From positions 96,001 to 160,000 of the forward strand of contig CAXXFK010000033.1 in NCBI GenBank assembly GCA_963663965.2: 64,000 nt of DNA, given 5' to 3'. Below are positions 24,601 through 40,489 of the stretch, piece by piece. Each line of letters starts with the position of its first letter. The first letter of the stretch is position 1. The DNA comes from Sedimentisphaerales bacterium (GTDB lineage: Bacteria > Planctomycetota > Phycisphaerae > Sedimentisphaerales > SM23-30). The notes below the pieces were generated by a model, which saw nothing but the letters and a program-made list of their open reading frames with translations, was not told the DNA's origin and searched no databases. The position numbers and the translations under genes were made by a program.

Positions 24601-26852
24601 GGGGGACGACCGGTACCTATAATCTGAAACTGGAAACCCCGCGTACCGGAGCGGCCGTGGCTCAACCTTCAGCCGGTTCACCTTTCTTCCTGCCGGCCAA
24701 GGCGCTGCCGAGCCTGAAAGTGGATTATCTGGGCAGCGGATCGCAGGCCAGTGTGATCGTAACCGAGCAGATTGGACTCAGTAATGATGATACCCTCTCC
24801 TTTGTGCCCACCTCGGCAGGGAGCAGTACATCCGGTCTGGTAACCATTCGTAATACCGGTGGTACTTCACTGGACTATAGCCTTGAATTTACGACAGGAA
24901 CGGTATTTGCGGTTGGATCCGGTCAGGGCAGCGGAACGATAGCCGCCGGTGGCAGCAAGACGATCACGGTAACCTTTACCCCGTCGACGACCACTTCGTA
25001 TTCGGATACGCTGACAATAAAAGAAGGCGATACAGCACTCAAGGCGCTGACACTCAGCGGTACCGGAACAGTAACGCAACTGAAACCGGACATTGCCCTG
25101 ACCAATACCAGCGGGACACTGATCACTTCCGTTCAAATGCCCAATACTGAGCTGGAAGATACCAGCAGCGCCCAGTTTAAGATCTATAATCAGGGCAGCG
25201 CTTCTTTGACCATTACCAGCGCGCAGATTACCGGTACTGACGCGGCCGATTTCAGTCTGGTTGGTTTCAGCAACAATACCAGCGTGACCAGTACAACGCC
25301 GCGTACCTTTACGATTGAATTTAATCCGACCGAATCGGGCGGTAAGACAGCCAATCTGGTCCTGACCTCCAACGATCCGGATGAACCCACCGTCACCCTG
25401 GTCTTAACGGCAACGGCCGGTGTACCGGGATTGACATTTGATATTGATACCTCGGTTGATTTCGATGAAGTGATGGTCGATGGCGCCGGCGGTCAGACCG
25501 GGCGTCAGGCGATTACCATCGGAAATATCGCTTCAGCGACAGCCGATCTGGTCATCAGCAGCTTTACTTTCTCTAACAGCGCGTATAAGCTCGTTGACGC
25601 CAATGGTACGGTGATTAGCGGTATGACTCTGGAACCGGGTGAAACCATCAGCGGCTATCTGGTTTTCGATCCGACGGCGGAAGGAGTCTATAATGCGACC
25701 CTGACCGTGAGTTGTAACGATAGCGACGCCGATGTCATCAGTTTGACTGGTGTTGGCCGTACTGGCTTATCTATTACCGATGAACTGGGCGGTACGGCCT
25801 GGTTTGTCGATGAAGATGGTGATATTTTCCAGATTCGCTATTTGACGGCGGGTGAAGTGACCTTTACCGCGGCCGATCAGGACAGCCAGGACCGTCTAAC
25901 CGGTGATACACTGACTATAGAAATATTTGGTGATCATGGCAGGGGGTATCTGACTATTACGGATACCAACAGTGATGGCGATGGCATGATTACTATCGAT
26001 AACCTGACCATTGACAGTGGCTTTAAGTCCGTAGACGTGGAAGGTCATATCGAGAACCTGACGGTGGCCGGCGATCTGGCGAAGTTGACTGTTGATGGTA
26101 CGCTGACGGATGCCGAGATAAACGGCGATGTAAGCTCGTTGACGGCAGGTACGTTAAACGGTACTGTACAGGCTGATAGTATCGCGACAGTTCGTATTGA
26201 CAATGCTACGGATGGTGCGATTGATGCCGCGTTAGGCGCGTTGACTGTTAACAATGATGCCAATGGCCTGGATATTACCAGCGCCAGTGCAATGAATACG
26301 GTGAATTTTCTGGGAGACGCGACTAATATTCGTTTGACAGTTGATTCGCTGAACAAACTGAATATTGGCGGTGATTTGATCGATAGCGCCTTGACGGCAA
26401 CCGAAGGAGCGATCCGGTCGATTAATATTAAAGGCAGCTTCACCGAAAATTCCGGCCAATCAACCTTGAGTTCGGCAGATGATATTCGAGCTTTGAAGGT
26501 CCGGGGGGATATGGAAGCACAGTCGCTGTCTGTGAGTGGCTCGATTAACAGTCTATTGGTTAACGGCAGTTTCGATGTGGCCAATCTGTCGGTCAGCGGC
26601 GAGCTGGGTAAGGCATCGGTTGGTCGCAAGAATTCCGGTGGTGATGTCGCCGGGACAATCTCGGCCGGCAGCATGGGCAAACTAAAGTTCTATGGAGATT
26701 TAAGCGGCGCGATCAACGCAGTAAATTCGATTCGTAATCTGACGCTTTATGGGGATATGCTGGAAGGCTCTGCGATTACCGCTGATACGATCGATAAACT
26801 GGTGATATATGGCGTACGACTTGACGACAATATTGACGCCGTTATCGGATAA
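9653..26852 (+). CDS. Giant (~5,700 aa if fused) LEPR-xLL surface protein: ~30 CARDB-like Ig repeats, 4 PPC-like repeats, ~4 ASH/choice-of-anchor-D-like domains and a C-terminal beta-solenoid-like region; interrupted by 4 net frameshifts
   Basis: Consecutive overlapping ORFs 9584-10063, 9969-10454, 10402-11025, 10952-15529 and 15357-26852 share one composition; N-terminus MSLLRKLRRR..LEALEPRVMLAADL; recurring DL...N.G...F.V.FYLS...D...E.DE.NN units; D.YE(P/S)N(N/D) repeats; SNDPDEP; very D/E/T/S-rich. Confidence 0.85.
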
Positions 26853-26861
26853 CTAACGAAT

Positions 26862-26899
26862 AAAGGGCAGTATTCAAAAAACGGCCCTTTTCTTTTTTT
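26862..26899 (+). terminator. Intrinsic terminator of the giant gene
   Basis: aaagggc...gcccttttctttttttc directly after the stop codon. Confidence 0.75.
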
Positions 26900-26947
26900 C
26901 AATTTATTAAATACAGTGTATATATATTGTATATATATTGGTTGACA
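26900..26947 (+). promoter_or_regulatory. Copy C (inverted) of the dispersed operator/-35 element, with an internal 11-bp tandem duplication
   Basis: Reverse complement reads tgtcaac caatatatata caatatatata cactgtattta ataaattg; TTGACA at 26942-26947. Confidence 0.5.
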
Positions 26948-26964
26948 GTTGTTAATGATCAATA

Positions 26965-28069
26965 TACTCTTCCAACATGAGAATGTCCGGTATCAAGCAC
27001 CTATGATGTGGAATTTCTCAGTCAGCAAGGTTATGAGTTCCGGTCGGTATGACCGGAGTTTTTTAAAGAAGAGCAGACAGGCCTTCTCAAATTCTGCGAA
27101 AGTCTCGTAGTACTTGTTATGCAATACTCTTTTGCGAAAATAGCGCCACAATCGTTCGATCAGATTCAAATTGGGCGAATAAGGCGGCAAAAACTCCAGA
27201 CGAATCCGGGAGCCCTTCAAATAGTCCTGCACCGCCTGGCTGCGATAGTATCGGGCATTGTCCGGAATCACATAAATCACCTTGGCTTCCGGATGTTTCC
27301 TTTCCAACTTTTTCAGCAGGGCGATGGTGGTGTCGCCATTAAGCGTCGCCGCAATCTCCATCACCACTTCCAGCGTAGCGGGGTTCAGCGCCCCGTTGAT
27401 ATTCAAGCGCTGGCGGCCGGTGTTGCTGGGCAGCGTGACCGTCTGCCCCTTCTTGATCCAGCCGCAGGCCGCGACGCTGTTGTGTTGCGGATGCACGCCA
27501 TCCATGAAATAAATGGGAGCTTTCTTGGCCTTCAGCTTTTTGTAATGCTTGATAAATGCCTCTTGCCGGGCGGCGTCGGCCTTACCGGGAACCAGCACCG
27601 GTTTTTTGTAAACAAATCCCAAACGATGCAGCAAATTGGTCATGCCTTGCACCGAATAGTAGACTCCGAACGCCTTGCGAACATAATCCACCACGGCCGC
27701 CACGGTCAGATAAACGGTTTGTTGCAGATGCTGATCCAATTGCTGCAATTGCTGCTCGCTCAACTCGCATTGGCTGCCCTGATAATCGGTCTCCCAGAAC
27801 GAGCCGTTCGGATTCCGGTGATAGGCATGCTGATACCGGTGGATGGTTTTTTCATCCAGAAGCAACGCCTCGGCCACCTTGGCCACGGTCCAACCGGTTC
27901 CCAGCAGAATGACCGCCTTGATCTTGTCTGCCTGACGCCGGTCTCTCAAGGTATGGTGCAACTGACGCAATCGCTGGATTTCCTTGGCATGCAATGGTTC
28001 CATGCGGTTATTATCGGACACTCCCAAGCGGTTTGTGCAATTTCTGGACAGATTCATTCAGGAACAGTA
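26965..28069 (-). mobile_element. IS630-family insertion sequence with imperfect terminal inverted repeats and TA target duplication
   Basis: Left TA|tactcttccaacatgagaatgtcc versus right-end reverse complement TA|tactgttcctgaatgaatctgtcc; TA at 26963-64 and 28070-71. Confidence 0.88.
26993..28003 (-). CDS. IS630-family DDE transposase (HTH + winged helix + DDE_3), single intact ORF
   Basis: YFMDGVHP, VIPDNARYY, LPPYSPNLNLIERLW; likely start MEPLHAKE. Confidence 0.93.
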   Translation of the reverse strand: MEPLHAKEIQRLRQLHHTLRDRRQADKIKAVILLGTGWTVAKVAEALLLDEKTIHRYQHAYHRNPNGSFWETDYQGSQCELSEQQLQQLDQHLQQTVYLTVAAVVDYVRKAFGVYYSVQGMTNLLHRLGFVYKKPVLVPGKADAARQEAFIKHYKKLKAKKAPIYFMDGVHPQHNSVAACGWIKKGQTVTLPSNTGRQRLNINGALNPATLEVVMEIAATLNGDTTIALLKKLERKHPEAKVIYVIPDNARYYRSQAVQDYLKGSRIRLEFLPPYSPNLNLIERLWRYFRKRVLHNKYYETFAEFEKACLLFFKKLRSYRPELITLLTEKFHIIGA

Positions 28070-28403
28070 TATAAAGCTACAGGGGGATGACCTGACTAAA
28101 TGTCATTAAGTGGGTTGATTGGATTCAGGTTGTGGGAAGCTGGATTTTTGAATTGATTATTCACTATGCCCTTGAGTTATTATTTTCAATGGCGATTGGT
28201 ATCCAGTTATTTATATAAGTCCTTTAAAAAAAGTGCTTATCTTTAAGGTGATTGGTTACTTTTTATACGATGGGTAAATTTTCCATATTAGCCAAAGTCG
28301 ATTTTAGAGCTTTTCTTTACTGGTGCGGGATATTGCATTTATGGGATTGGGATTGGTTCAATTCTGTCGTATCAAGTCACAATCATTGCTCTTCGAGTTA
28401 AGG

Positions 28404-29354
28404 TTAACTTATATGGATGGCTTTGAGGGCGAAGAGGCCGGTGGGGAGGGGGATGGGGTTGGTGCGGCGGTGGTATTGGCCGGTTTGTCGGAAGGTTTGG
28501 AGTTGCTGGCGGATGTAGGTTTCGGAGCCGATGGCCAGGCCGTCGATGAAGTGTTTGAACTGTTGCAGGAAGAGGCCGGGGTGGGCGAAACCCAGGGAGC
28601 GTTCGTTTTCGAGGATGGCGGCTGGGATTGGGGGTTGTTTGACCTGGGTGTCAGCGTCTGAGGGCGTGAGGTTGCCGCGGTAGGTGAGGCGGTGGGTGTA
28701 ATCTTTGAGGGCCTGGGGTTCGGTGGTGCGCTGGTCGAAGAGTTGATGGAGGGGCAGCAGCCAGGCGGCGGCGTGGCCGCGCTGGGTGCGTTGGTGGTAG
28801 GAGCAGAACTCGTAATCGGCGGGGTGGGCGGCCTGGCCGGCGCGGACGGGGTTGAGATCGACGTAGAGCATGCAGTCGCGGACGGCGCGTAAGTCTTTGA
28901 GGAATACTGACTTGAAGCGCGTGGCCCAGAAGCGGCCGCGGCGTTCGAAGGTCTGGTTGTACCATTTGGCGAAGCGGGCCTGGAGGTTGCGGAGGAGCTC
29001 GGAGAGGTCGAAGAGGCGGTCGTTGAAGCGCTGCCATTGGGCCGGGGACCAGTTGGCGATGATTTCCTGGGAGTGCGGGCCTGGGTAGAGCAGGTGGGCG
29101 CGGCGGGCGAGTTCGGCGGGCGGGAGCTGGGATTTGGGGTCGAAGCGGAGGATGAGGTGGTAGTGGTTGCCCATGAGGGCGAAGGCGGCGACCTCGCAGC
29201 AGTAGGCGCGGGTGTAGTGCTGGATGAGGGCGAGGAGTTTGCGGCGGCAATTGGGCTGCTGGAGCGGGCGGTCGGCGGGTGAGCCGGCGATGCGGCTGTA
29301 GACGTGGTAGAAGGCGGCGAAGCGGGTCTGCTTGAAGCGAAGGCGGCAGGACAT
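28404..29354 (-). CDS. REP-associated tyrosine transposase-like (RAYT, Y1 HUH) protein
   Basis: FYHVYSR, FALMGNHYHL (HUH), GRFWATRFKS, YVDLNPVRAG; RBS aaggag; visibly more GC-rich than its neighbours. Confidence 0.9.
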   Translation of the reverse strand: MSCRLRFKQTRFAAFYHVYSRIAGSPADRPLQQPNCRRKLLALIQHYTRAYCCEVAAFALMGNHYHLILRFDPKSQLPPAELARRAHLLYPGPHSQEIIANWSPAQWQRFNDRLFDLSELLRNLQARFAKWYNQTFERRGRFWATRFKSVFLKDLRAVRDCMLYVDLNPVRAGQAAHPADYEFCSYHQRTQRGHAAAWLLPLHQLFDQRTTEPQALKDYTHRLTYRGNLTPSDADTQVKQPPIPAAILENERSLGFAHPGLFLQQFKHFIDGLAIGSETYIRQQLQTFRQTGQYHRRTNPIPLPTGLFALKAIHIS

Positions 29355-29422
29355 AACGTAACTCCTTTTATATAAATACGATATACTAATTAATGATTGG
29401 TATGAGGGCTTTGGATAGTTGA

Positions 29423-29487
29423 AGGATAATGGGTGAAGAAAGAGTTGTCAACCAAATAATATACACTGTGTATAATAAAAAGAGGGA
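29423..29487 (-). promoter_or_regulatory. Predicted RAYT promoter (TTGACA-17-TATCCT) with upstream perfect palindrome TATACAC-W-GTGTATA (copy B)
   Basis: -35 at 29451-29446, -10 at 29428-29423, palindrome at 29460-29474. Confidence 0.65.
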
Positions 29488-29515
29488 AAGATAGGAGTGG
29501 GGATGGAGGGGGGGG

Positions 29516-33394
<3,879 letters not shown>

Positions 33395-33738
33395 TCAATA
33401 ATAGAATTATATGAGTTAATCATTGATTGATTCCAAAGGATGGCGAATATCAAAGCTACTCTTATATCATTGCTCAAGCGGGATTTCCAAAAAAAAGTCA
33501 CTAATTGAAAATTATTCAACGAGTAAACCCGGACCCAAGCAGGCATTCGCTGTGTTAATAGTCAGTTGATCTGGTCCGGCCAGTTTTTATGCGAAGATAC
33601 TCCGTAGTCGCCAAAAAGGTTTTAAGTGAAGGGATTTATAACACGATGAGTGGTATAAGACTCAATTTCAAAATGATTGATTAATAAGGCGCATTTGAAA
33701 ATAAGGAGCTTTTGAAAGCAATACAGATGAAATTGGAG

Positions 33739-33759
33739 GAAAAGTAATTATTACTTTTC
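33739..33759. promoter_or_regulatory. Perfect 10-1-10 palindrome (putative operator)
   Basis: gaaaagtaat-t-attacttttc, ~70 bp upstream of the kinase operon in a divergent intergenic region. Confidence 0.45.
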
Positions 33760-33827
33760 AGATTGATTTCTACTACCCGCTGGTTCGCGAATTCGGGGTG
33801 TTAACCAGCAGTGTGCAAGGATAACCG

Positions 33828-36800
33828 TTGATGTTTAGTAGAAAAAAGATTGATAATGCCCAGAAGGCCATGAGAGTTGGCTCAATCTGGCCCCACATCT
33901 TTATTTTTATAGCATTATTGGGGATTTCCTGGACTGGGGGAACATGGTATTCTTATCATGCATTAATCAACCAATCCCAAACCGATCTTGGTTCTATCGG
34001 AAACCGTTTAATTGAGTCATGCCGAGCTAACGCACAATCGGGGAATCTGGCGGGAATTCAGGATCTGTTCGAAACCTATTGCGCCCTGGATGACCGGATT
34101 GAAATAGCCCTATACGACGCGAACGATAGTCGACTTGTCTCTGCCGGGAATTCCGGGGCAATGGCCCTGGATGAAACAGGGAGTCATCAGCAGAAAGTTT
34201 TTTGGTCTTCACCATTGAATCTTGTTTTAGCCGGTGAAGAGAGGCCGAAAGAAACCCAGGGCCGTTTGGAATTGTTACGGATCGTCGAATGGCCCGATTG
34301 GGCCGGGTCCTACTCGCCGATCACCATCTGGGGCATATTGGCCGTGGCCGGCATCGCGGGTTTGGTGGGTTTTATTTACCGTCGCAGCCGGATGGTATGG
34401 CAATTGGAAAATTTAACCCGGTTGGCTGAGCGAATAGCCGCCGGCGATTATCTCTATTCCACCGGTGAGCTTGATACCAGAGGGGAAGTGACCCGATTGA
34501 AACGAGCCCTGGAATCGGTGCAAACGCATTTTCGGAACCAGGTTACTGTTTTATCGGAAACCATTGAGGCTTTGCAAAAGGATCTAAAGGATCGCACTAC
34601 TGAATTGACGATGTCGAATAAGCGGTTGCAGAGTGAGATCAATGAACGTAAGGTTCGTGAACAGGACATTCAGGAAAGCGAGGAAAAATTCCGGACGCTT
34701 TACGAATCATCGTCGGATGGAGTTATTCTGATCAATGACAGCGGACTGTTTGACTGTAATGACAGCGCCATGCGTTTATTAGGATGCGACAGCCGCAGTA
34801 TGCTCCTGGGTAAAACCTTGTTACAGCTCTCTCCAAAACATCAGGCAGATCGTGACCTATCTGAGGTGGTTTTGGCGGAATTGTTTCAACAGACGGATCA
34901 GAACGGCTCCAGTCGATTCGAATGGCAAATGACTCCTTCCAATCGCAGTCAGCCGATTGATGTTGAAATATCGATGAATAAGGTTGATCTGCGTGGGAAG
35001 CCGGTTTATCAGGCGATATTGCGTGATATCTCAGAACGAAAAAGATACGAAAACGATTTGTGTGAAGCCCGTGAGCAGGCTGATACCGCCAATGAAGCGA
35101 AAAGCGAGTTCCTGGCCAAGATGAGTCATGAAATTCGTACTCCGATGAATGGCATTATCGGGATGGTCCGTTTATTGCAAAACACCAAACTGGACAGCCG
35201 TCAGGTTCGTTATGCCAATATCATTGATACTTCGGCTCAATCCCTTTTGAATCTGATCAATGATGTGCTGGATTTTTCCAAAATCGAAGCGGGTCGATTA
35301 ACCTTGACCGAGGCTAATGTCAATGTCATACAGGTAGTCGAACGGTGTATCGAATTATTCGCGCCACGCATTGCCGAGAAGAGACTGGAATTGATCAATC
35401 ATATCGAAGCGGAAGTGCCGTTGCAGCTAATCGGCGATCCAGACCGTTTGCGACAGATCCTGATTAACCTGATCGGGAATGCCGTGAAGTTTACCGATCA
35501 GGGTGAGATTTTTGTGGGAGTATCCCTGCAGTCCAGCAGCAACACAGAGACTGAATTAAAGTTCGAGGTCCGGGATACCGGCATCGGGATAGAAGCCGCC
35601 AAAGTGGAGAACCTGTTTAAGCTTTTTGGGCAGGCCGACTCGTCGCTGACCCGGCGATATGGCGGGGCTGGGCTGGGACTGGCCATCTCACGCCATCTGG
35701 TCCAGATGATGAAAGGAGAAATTCATGTCGAGAGCGAACCCGGCAAAGGCTCGGTATTCTGGTTTACCGTCCGTTTAAAAAACAAAAATGAATCCGGCAA
35801 GGTCAGTTTTACCCGGAACCGGACATTAACCCAATCTCTGCATGAGTTGCATATCCTTGTCGTCGATGATAACGACACCGTTCGCCGTACCATGAAACAG
35901 CAACTGGAGAGTTGGGGTTGCCATGTCAGTCTGGCTGAAGACGGGTTCGAGGCGCTGGAGAAGGTGGAACACGCGAAGCATATCGATGTGGCTTTACTGG
36001 ATTTATATCTTCCGGGCCTGGACGGGCTGGAACTGGCCCGGCGTTTCAAGCATGATCCAAAATCGCAAAAAATGATTTTGATTCTGATGTCCGGCCTGGA
36101 AGATCCGGGGATGTTGCATGGGATCGAAGAAATCGGATTTCATTTATGTCTGAATAAACCGGTTTTACAATCGGCGATGTTCAATGCCCTGTTGAAGCTG
36201 ATCGATCAGTCCCAGGAGTTGAATGTGTCAGTGCGGGAAGATCATCGTTCCGTGGAGGCTCAGTTTCAGGGGCCCAGTCGGCCGGTTCATATCCTGATGG
36301 CTGAGGACAATGAAATCAATCAGGAGGTGGCTTTGGAAGTGCTTACCACTGCCGGGCATACCTGCGATGTGGTATCGAATGGTCGCCAGGCGGTTGAAGC
36401 GGCCCAGACCGGGATTTATGATTTGATCCTGATGGACTGTTCCATGCCGGAGATGGATGGTTTTGAAGCGACCGCGCGAATTCGGGAACTGGAAGCCCGG
36501 GATGAGTTGGCGGACCGGCGTTACGATCGTATTCCGATCGTGGCACTGACCGCCAACGCGATAAAAGGGGATCGGGAAAAATGTCTGGAAGCCGGTATGG
36601 ATGACTACATCAGCAAACCATTCGATCCGCTTGAGCTGCTGGAGACGATCAAGGCGATTGCCATGAAATTACCCGTTACCAATCAAACGACCGATCTGGA
36701 CCGTGAGCCCGTAAAGGCAAATGTTCGATCCGGGGTGGCCGTGAAACCCTTTGTGTCAATACCGGACATGCCAACCCAGGTCAATGGCGCTCCGATCGAT

Positions 36801-37166
36801 TTTGCCGACGCCCTGGCTCGTTGTATGGGAAACAAGGCGTTTTTTGAAAAGATCATGAACAAATTTATGGACCGGATCCAGATCGATCTGATTCAGATCC
36901 AGCAGGTGATCGATCAGAAAAATGCCACACAGTTAACTTCTATCGCCCATGCTCTGAAGGGGGCCGCCGGCAATTTATCGGCCGGCGGTTTACGGCAACT
37001 GGCCTGGGAATTGGAACTGGCCGGGCGCGACGGTGACTTTGACCGGGTGGACGGGATCGTCCATTCATTACAACTTGAAGTCCATAAATGCCTGGACTAT
37101 TCGAAAAATGTTCCTGAATTTTTACAAGCCATTCCGGATAAAACAAAGCATGAAATCAGGTTTTAA
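33828..37166 (+). CDS. Hybrid sensor histidine kinase (TM-HAMP-PAS-HisKA-HATPase-REC-REC-Hpt)
   Basis: [36 protein letters not shown], two receivers (LLDL, LMDC), Hpt [11 protein letters not shown]. Confidence 0.95.
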   Translation: MMFSRKKIDNAQKAMRVGSIWPHIFIFIALLGISWTGGTWYSYHALINQSQTDLGSIGNRLIESCRANAQSGNLAGIQDLFETYCALDDRIEIALYDANDSRLVSAGNSGAMALDETGSHQQKVFWSSPLNLVLAGEERPKETQGRLELLRIVEWPDWAGSYSPITIWGILAVAGIAGLVGFIYRRSRMVWQLENLTRLAERIAAGDYLYSTGELDTRGEVTRLKRALESVQTHFRNQVTVLSETIEALQKDLKDRTTELTMSNKRLQSEINERKVREQDIQESEEKFRTLYESSSDGVILINDSGLFDCNDSAMRLLGCDSRSMLLGKTLLQLSPKHQADRDLSEVVLAELFQQTDQNGSSRFEWQMTPSNRSQPIDVEISMNKVDLRGKPVYQAILRDISERKRYENDLCEAREQADTANEAKSEFLAKMSHEIRTPMNGIIGMVRLLQNTKLDSRQVRYANIIDTSAQSLLNLINDVLDFSKIEAGRLTLTEANVNVIQVVERCIELFAPRIAEKRLELINHIEAEVPLQLIGDPDRLRQILINLIGNAVKFTDQGEIFVGVSLQSSSNTETELKFEVRDTGIGIEAAKVENLFKLFGQADSSLTRRYGGAGLGLAISRHLVQMMKGEIHVESEPGKGSVFWFTVRLKNKNESGKVSFTRNRTLTQSLHELHILVVDDNDTVRRTMKQQLESWGCHVSLAEDGFEALEKVEHAKHIDVALLDLYLPGLDGLELARRFKHDPKSQKMILILMSGLEDPGMLHGIEEIGFHLCLNKPVLQSAMFNALLKLIDQSQELNVSVREDHRSVEAQFQGPSRPVHILMAEDNEINQEVALEVLTTAGHTCDVVSNGRQAVEAAQTGIYDLILMDCSMPEMDGFEATARIRELEARDELADRRYDRIPIVALTANAIKGDREKCLEAGMDDYISKPFDPLELLETIKAIAMKLPVTNQTTDLDREPVKANVRSGVAVKPFVSIPDMPTQVNGAPIDFADALARCMGNKAFFEKIMNKFMDRIQIDLIQIQQVIDQKNATQLTSIAHALKGAAGNLSAGGLRQLAWELELAGRDGDFDRVDGIVHSLQLEVHKCLDYSKNVPEFLQAIPDKTKHEIRF

Positions 37167-40100
37167 AAACTTAAAGCTGCAACATAAAATTATGATGATT
37201 GTCGTGACGACCTGTATGATCGCCATGATTTTATCCAGTTTGCTTTATTACATCTACGATTATTATAATCTGCGTACCAAGCTGGCCGATGACTTGATCA
37301 GCCAGGCAATGATCATCGGCGAAAATTGCAAAGCCTCGATGGCATTTGGCGACAAACTCGATGCCGCGGATACCCTCCGGTCCCTTCAGGTGAATCCTTC
37401 GATCATCTATGCCTCGGTTCACACCCAGTTTGGCGAAGAACTGGCGGATTACATCCGTAAGGGTGAATCTGAGCAGGTGCATCCTTATTTGAACGGGGAG
37501 GATGCCTGCTGGTTTGAAGACAATGGCATCAAAGTGGTTCGTACCGTGATCAGTGACAATGAAATCGCCGGTTATGTCTACCTGGTTTCTGACTTGAATC
37601 AGTTATCGGTTTTGATCCGTCGCAATCTGACGGTTGTCATTATCATGTCCGTGATCGCTTTGATCACCGCGCTGCTGGTTTCCAATCAGATGCAGCGGAT
37701 AATTTCCGGTCCTATTTTAAAACTGGCCCGCGTGGCGAATGAAGTGTCCCAGTTCGGCAGTTATGAAATGGAGCCGATTATCACTGGCGAAGATGAAATC
37801 GGTATTCTGGTAAAAGCTTTTGGGAATATGCTGAACGAAGTTCGAGATCGGGAACAATCGATCAAGGACAGCGAAGAGCAATTTCGCACCCTGTTTGAAT
37901 CATCACAGGATGCGATTATATTGATTGATGGCGATAAGATTATCGGATGTAACGAAAGTGCGGTACAGCAATTTCACATGCGTTCAAAAGAATTGTTTAT
38001 CGGCCGGAGTCTGCTCGAATATATTTTGCCCACACAACCGGACGGACAGAACAGTGAGTCGGCGTTGCAGGAATACCTGCAGATGGCCCGCCACAAGGGC
38101 GGATGCCGATTCGAATGGGAATTTCGAGACAAACATAATCGGACCTTCTATGCCGACGTATTTCTGACGAATATGACATTCAATAAACGTCATATCATGC
38201 AGGCGGTCATCCGTGACATGACATTGCGCAAACAGCATGAAGAAGAGTTAAAACAGGCACGGGAAGACGCCGATCAGGCCAATTCCGCCAAGAGTGATTT
38301 TCTGGCCCGGATGAGTCATGAGATTCGTACCCCCATGAATGGCGTGGTGGGTATGCTGGAATTATTGAATCAAACCAGACTCGATTCCAAGCAGCATCAT
38401 TATGTCAGGGTGGCCCAGACTTCGGCCAGTTCACTGTTGACTTTAATCAACGATATCCTGGATTTCTCCAAGATTGAGGCCGGCAAACTCGAACTCGATC
38501 CGATCGATTTTTCGCTGGATGAGTTAATGAGCAGAGTGACTGATGTTTTCGGGCACCGTGTCGCCAATAAAGGCCTGGAGTTGATTACCTACATCGATCC
38601 GGGCGTTCCCTGGGTATTTCATGGCGATCCGGATCGGATCCGGCAGAATCTGATCAATTTAATCGGCAATGCGGTCAAGTTTACCGAACAAGGCGAAATT
38701 GTTATTGAAGTGTCACTAGCCGATAAAGATGAACGGGGCAGTCTGGTCTGTTTCAAGGTGAAGGATACGGGGATCGGAATCCCGGCGGAAAGGCTGAAAT
38801 CACTTTTTTCGGTATTCAGCCAGGCGGATACGTCAACGACCCGGAAATATGGCGGGACCGGTCTGGGACTGGCAATCACCAAATCATTGTCGGAAATCAT
38901 GGGCGGCCAGGTTGGTGTTGAAAGTCAGGAAGGTCAGGGTTCGACATTCTGGTTTACCGTTCGTCTGGGCAAACCGGTCAAGCCCGTGAAAACATCCGGA
39001 CTGCAATTGATGCGTTCCCTCCATAATATCCGGGTATTGGTTGTGGAGGACAATGCCGCCAACCGGGAGATTTTAAAGAAACAGATCGAAGGGTGGAAAT
39101 GTCAGGTCCATGTCGCCTGTGACGGCGTGGATGCGCTTAACAAGATCCAGGCATCCCTGCAGGAAAGCCATCCCTATGACATCATCATCAGCGATATGCA
39201 AATGCCCCATATGGATGGTGTCGAACTGGCCAGAGCCGTGCAGGCTGATTCCGCTATGGGCAAGCCGGCGATGGTCCTGTTAAGCAGTCTTGACAGCCAC
39301 TATCAACCGGAAGATTATCAAAAGGCCGGATTTCAGGCGGTATTGACCAAACCGGTCATGCAATCAGAATTATACAATATTTTCATCCGGATTCTCAGTG
39401 GCGAGCGGATTATAAATCAGAAAAAACAGGCCGGTGAATCAGATAAAATCCAACAGTCAAGACAGATTCAAGCCACCATTCTGATGGCGGAAGATAACGA
39501 GATCAATCAGGAGGTTGCCCGGGAAATCATTGAACAGGCCGGGCACCAGCTGGATATTGCCGAAAATGGAAAAATTGCCGTCGAATTGTTGCAATCCCGA
39601 CGATATCATCTGGTCCTGATGGATTGTTCCATGCCGGAAATGGATGGTTTTGCCGCGACTGGGGTCATCCGCAGTCAGGAAGGTAGAGGCCATCTGACCG
39701 CCAGCGGTCTGAAGCGGATACCGATCATTGCCCTGACCGCCAATGCCATCAAAGGTGACCGGGAGAAATGTCTCGAATCGGGTATGGATGACTATCTTAC
39801 CAAGCCGTTTAATCCAAGCGAGTTACTTACCGTCATCAATCAATATGCCCTGAAGAGCCAGGCTTACGGTTTACAGATTGAAGGGCAGCCGGACAAAGTT
39901 GTAACGAGCGAAGAAGGTGATTGGGAAAATTCTGTGTCCGATAAACCAGCGGTTTTTGGAATTGTGGGCAAGCCAGAGGCCGACCCTGACATAACCCAGC
40001 CAATAACCGATGAAAAACTGCCGGCGGAAATCGCCAGAACGGAGAACACAATGAGCGAAAATCAAGTCACGACAAACGCGACCTCTGCTGATTCCATGCC

Positions 40101-40458
40101 AATAGATTTTGATGATTTTTATCAGCGCTGTATGAAAAATCCGGCATTTTTCGAAAAAATGTTGAATAAATTCGCCGAGCGGGCTCAAACCGACCTGCAA
40201 AAGATTAAAGAGGCCGCCGAACAGCAGAATCACGAGCAATTGACATTGCTGTCTCATGCCTTGAAAGGCGCTGCAGGCAATTTATCAGCCAAGCCGCTTC
40301 AGCAAGTAGCGGCAGAATTGGAAGCCATGAGTAAAAACGGCGAACTGGAAAATCTGGCCCAGCAAATTGATGCGCTTCAAGTGGAAATTAATCGCTGCCT
40401 GGGATCCATCAGTGAAGGAAAAGATTATGTTAAGAACCTTCAGGAGACGTCCGATTAA
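37150..40458 (+). CDS. Hybrid sensor histidine kinase (periplasmic sensor-HAMP-PAS-HisKA-HATPase-REC-REC-Hpt)
   Basis: Likely start MKSGFKNL overlapping the upstream stop; [10 protein letters not shown]; two REC domains; Hpt [11 protein letters not shown]. Confidence 0.95.
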   Translation: MKSGFKNLKLQHKIMMIVVTTCMIAMILSSLLYYIYDYYNLRTKLADDLISQAMIIGENCKASMAFGDKLDAADTLRSLQVNPSIIYASVHTQFGEELADYIRKGESEQVHPYLNGEDACWFEDNGIKVVRTVISDNEIAGYVYLVSDLNQLSVLIRRNLTVVIIMSVIALITALLVSNQMQRIISGPILKLARVANEVSQFGSYEMEPIITGEDEIGILVKAFGNMLNEVRDREQSIKDSEEQFRTLFESSQDAIILIDGDKIIGCNESAVQQFHMRSKELFIGRSLLEYILPTQPDGQNSESALQEYLQMARHKGGCRFEWEFRDKHNRTFYADVFLTNMTFNKRHIMQAVIRDMTLRKQHEEELKQAREDADQANSAKSDFLARMSHEIRTPMNGVVGMLELLNQTRLDSKQHHYVRVAQTSASSLLTLINDILDFSKIEAGKLELDPIDFSLDELMSRVTDVFGHRVANKGLELITYIDPGVPWVFHGDPDRIRQNLINLIGNAVKFTEQGEIVIEVSLADKDERGSLVCFKVKDTGIGIPAERLKSLFSVFSQADTSTTRKYGGTGLGLAITKSLSEIMGGQVGVESQEGQGSTFWFTVRLGKPVKPVKTSGLQLMRSLHNIRVLVVEDNAANREILKKQIEGWKCQVHVACDGVDALNKIQASLQESHPYDIIISDMQMPHMDGVELARAVQADSAMGKPAMVLLSSLDSHYQPEDYQKAGFQAVLTKPVMQSELYNIFIRILSGERIINQKKQAGESDKIQQSRQIQATILMAEDNEINQEVAREIIEQAGHQLDIAENGKIAVELLQSRRYHLVLMDCSMPEMDGFAATGVIRSQEGRGHLTASGLKRIPIIALTANAIKGDREKCLESGMDDYLTKPFNPSELLTVINQYALKSQAYGLQIEGQPDKVVTSEEGDWENSVSDKPAVFGIVGKPEADPDITQPITDEKLPAEIARTENTMSENQVTTNATSADSMPIDFDDFYQRCMKNPAFFEKMLNKFAERAQTDLQKIKEAAEQQNHEQLTLLSHALKGAAGNLSAKPLQQVAAELEAMSKNGELENLAQQIDALQVEINRCLGSISEGKDYVKNLQETSD

Positions 40459-40489
40459 ATAAATAATGCCTTAATCGAGAAATGTAATT

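Noticed and set aside
27119..28090. 323-aa ORF antisense to the IS630 transposase
   Set aside because: Shadow ORF of a GC-rich gene, with no motifs
28651..29250. Pro/Arg-rich 199-aa ORF overlapping RAYT
   Set aside because: Alternative frame of C-rich codons
29466..29482. LexA SOS box in the RAYT promoter
   Set aside because: Only the CTGT half is present; no CAG at the CTG-N10-CAG position in any of the three copies
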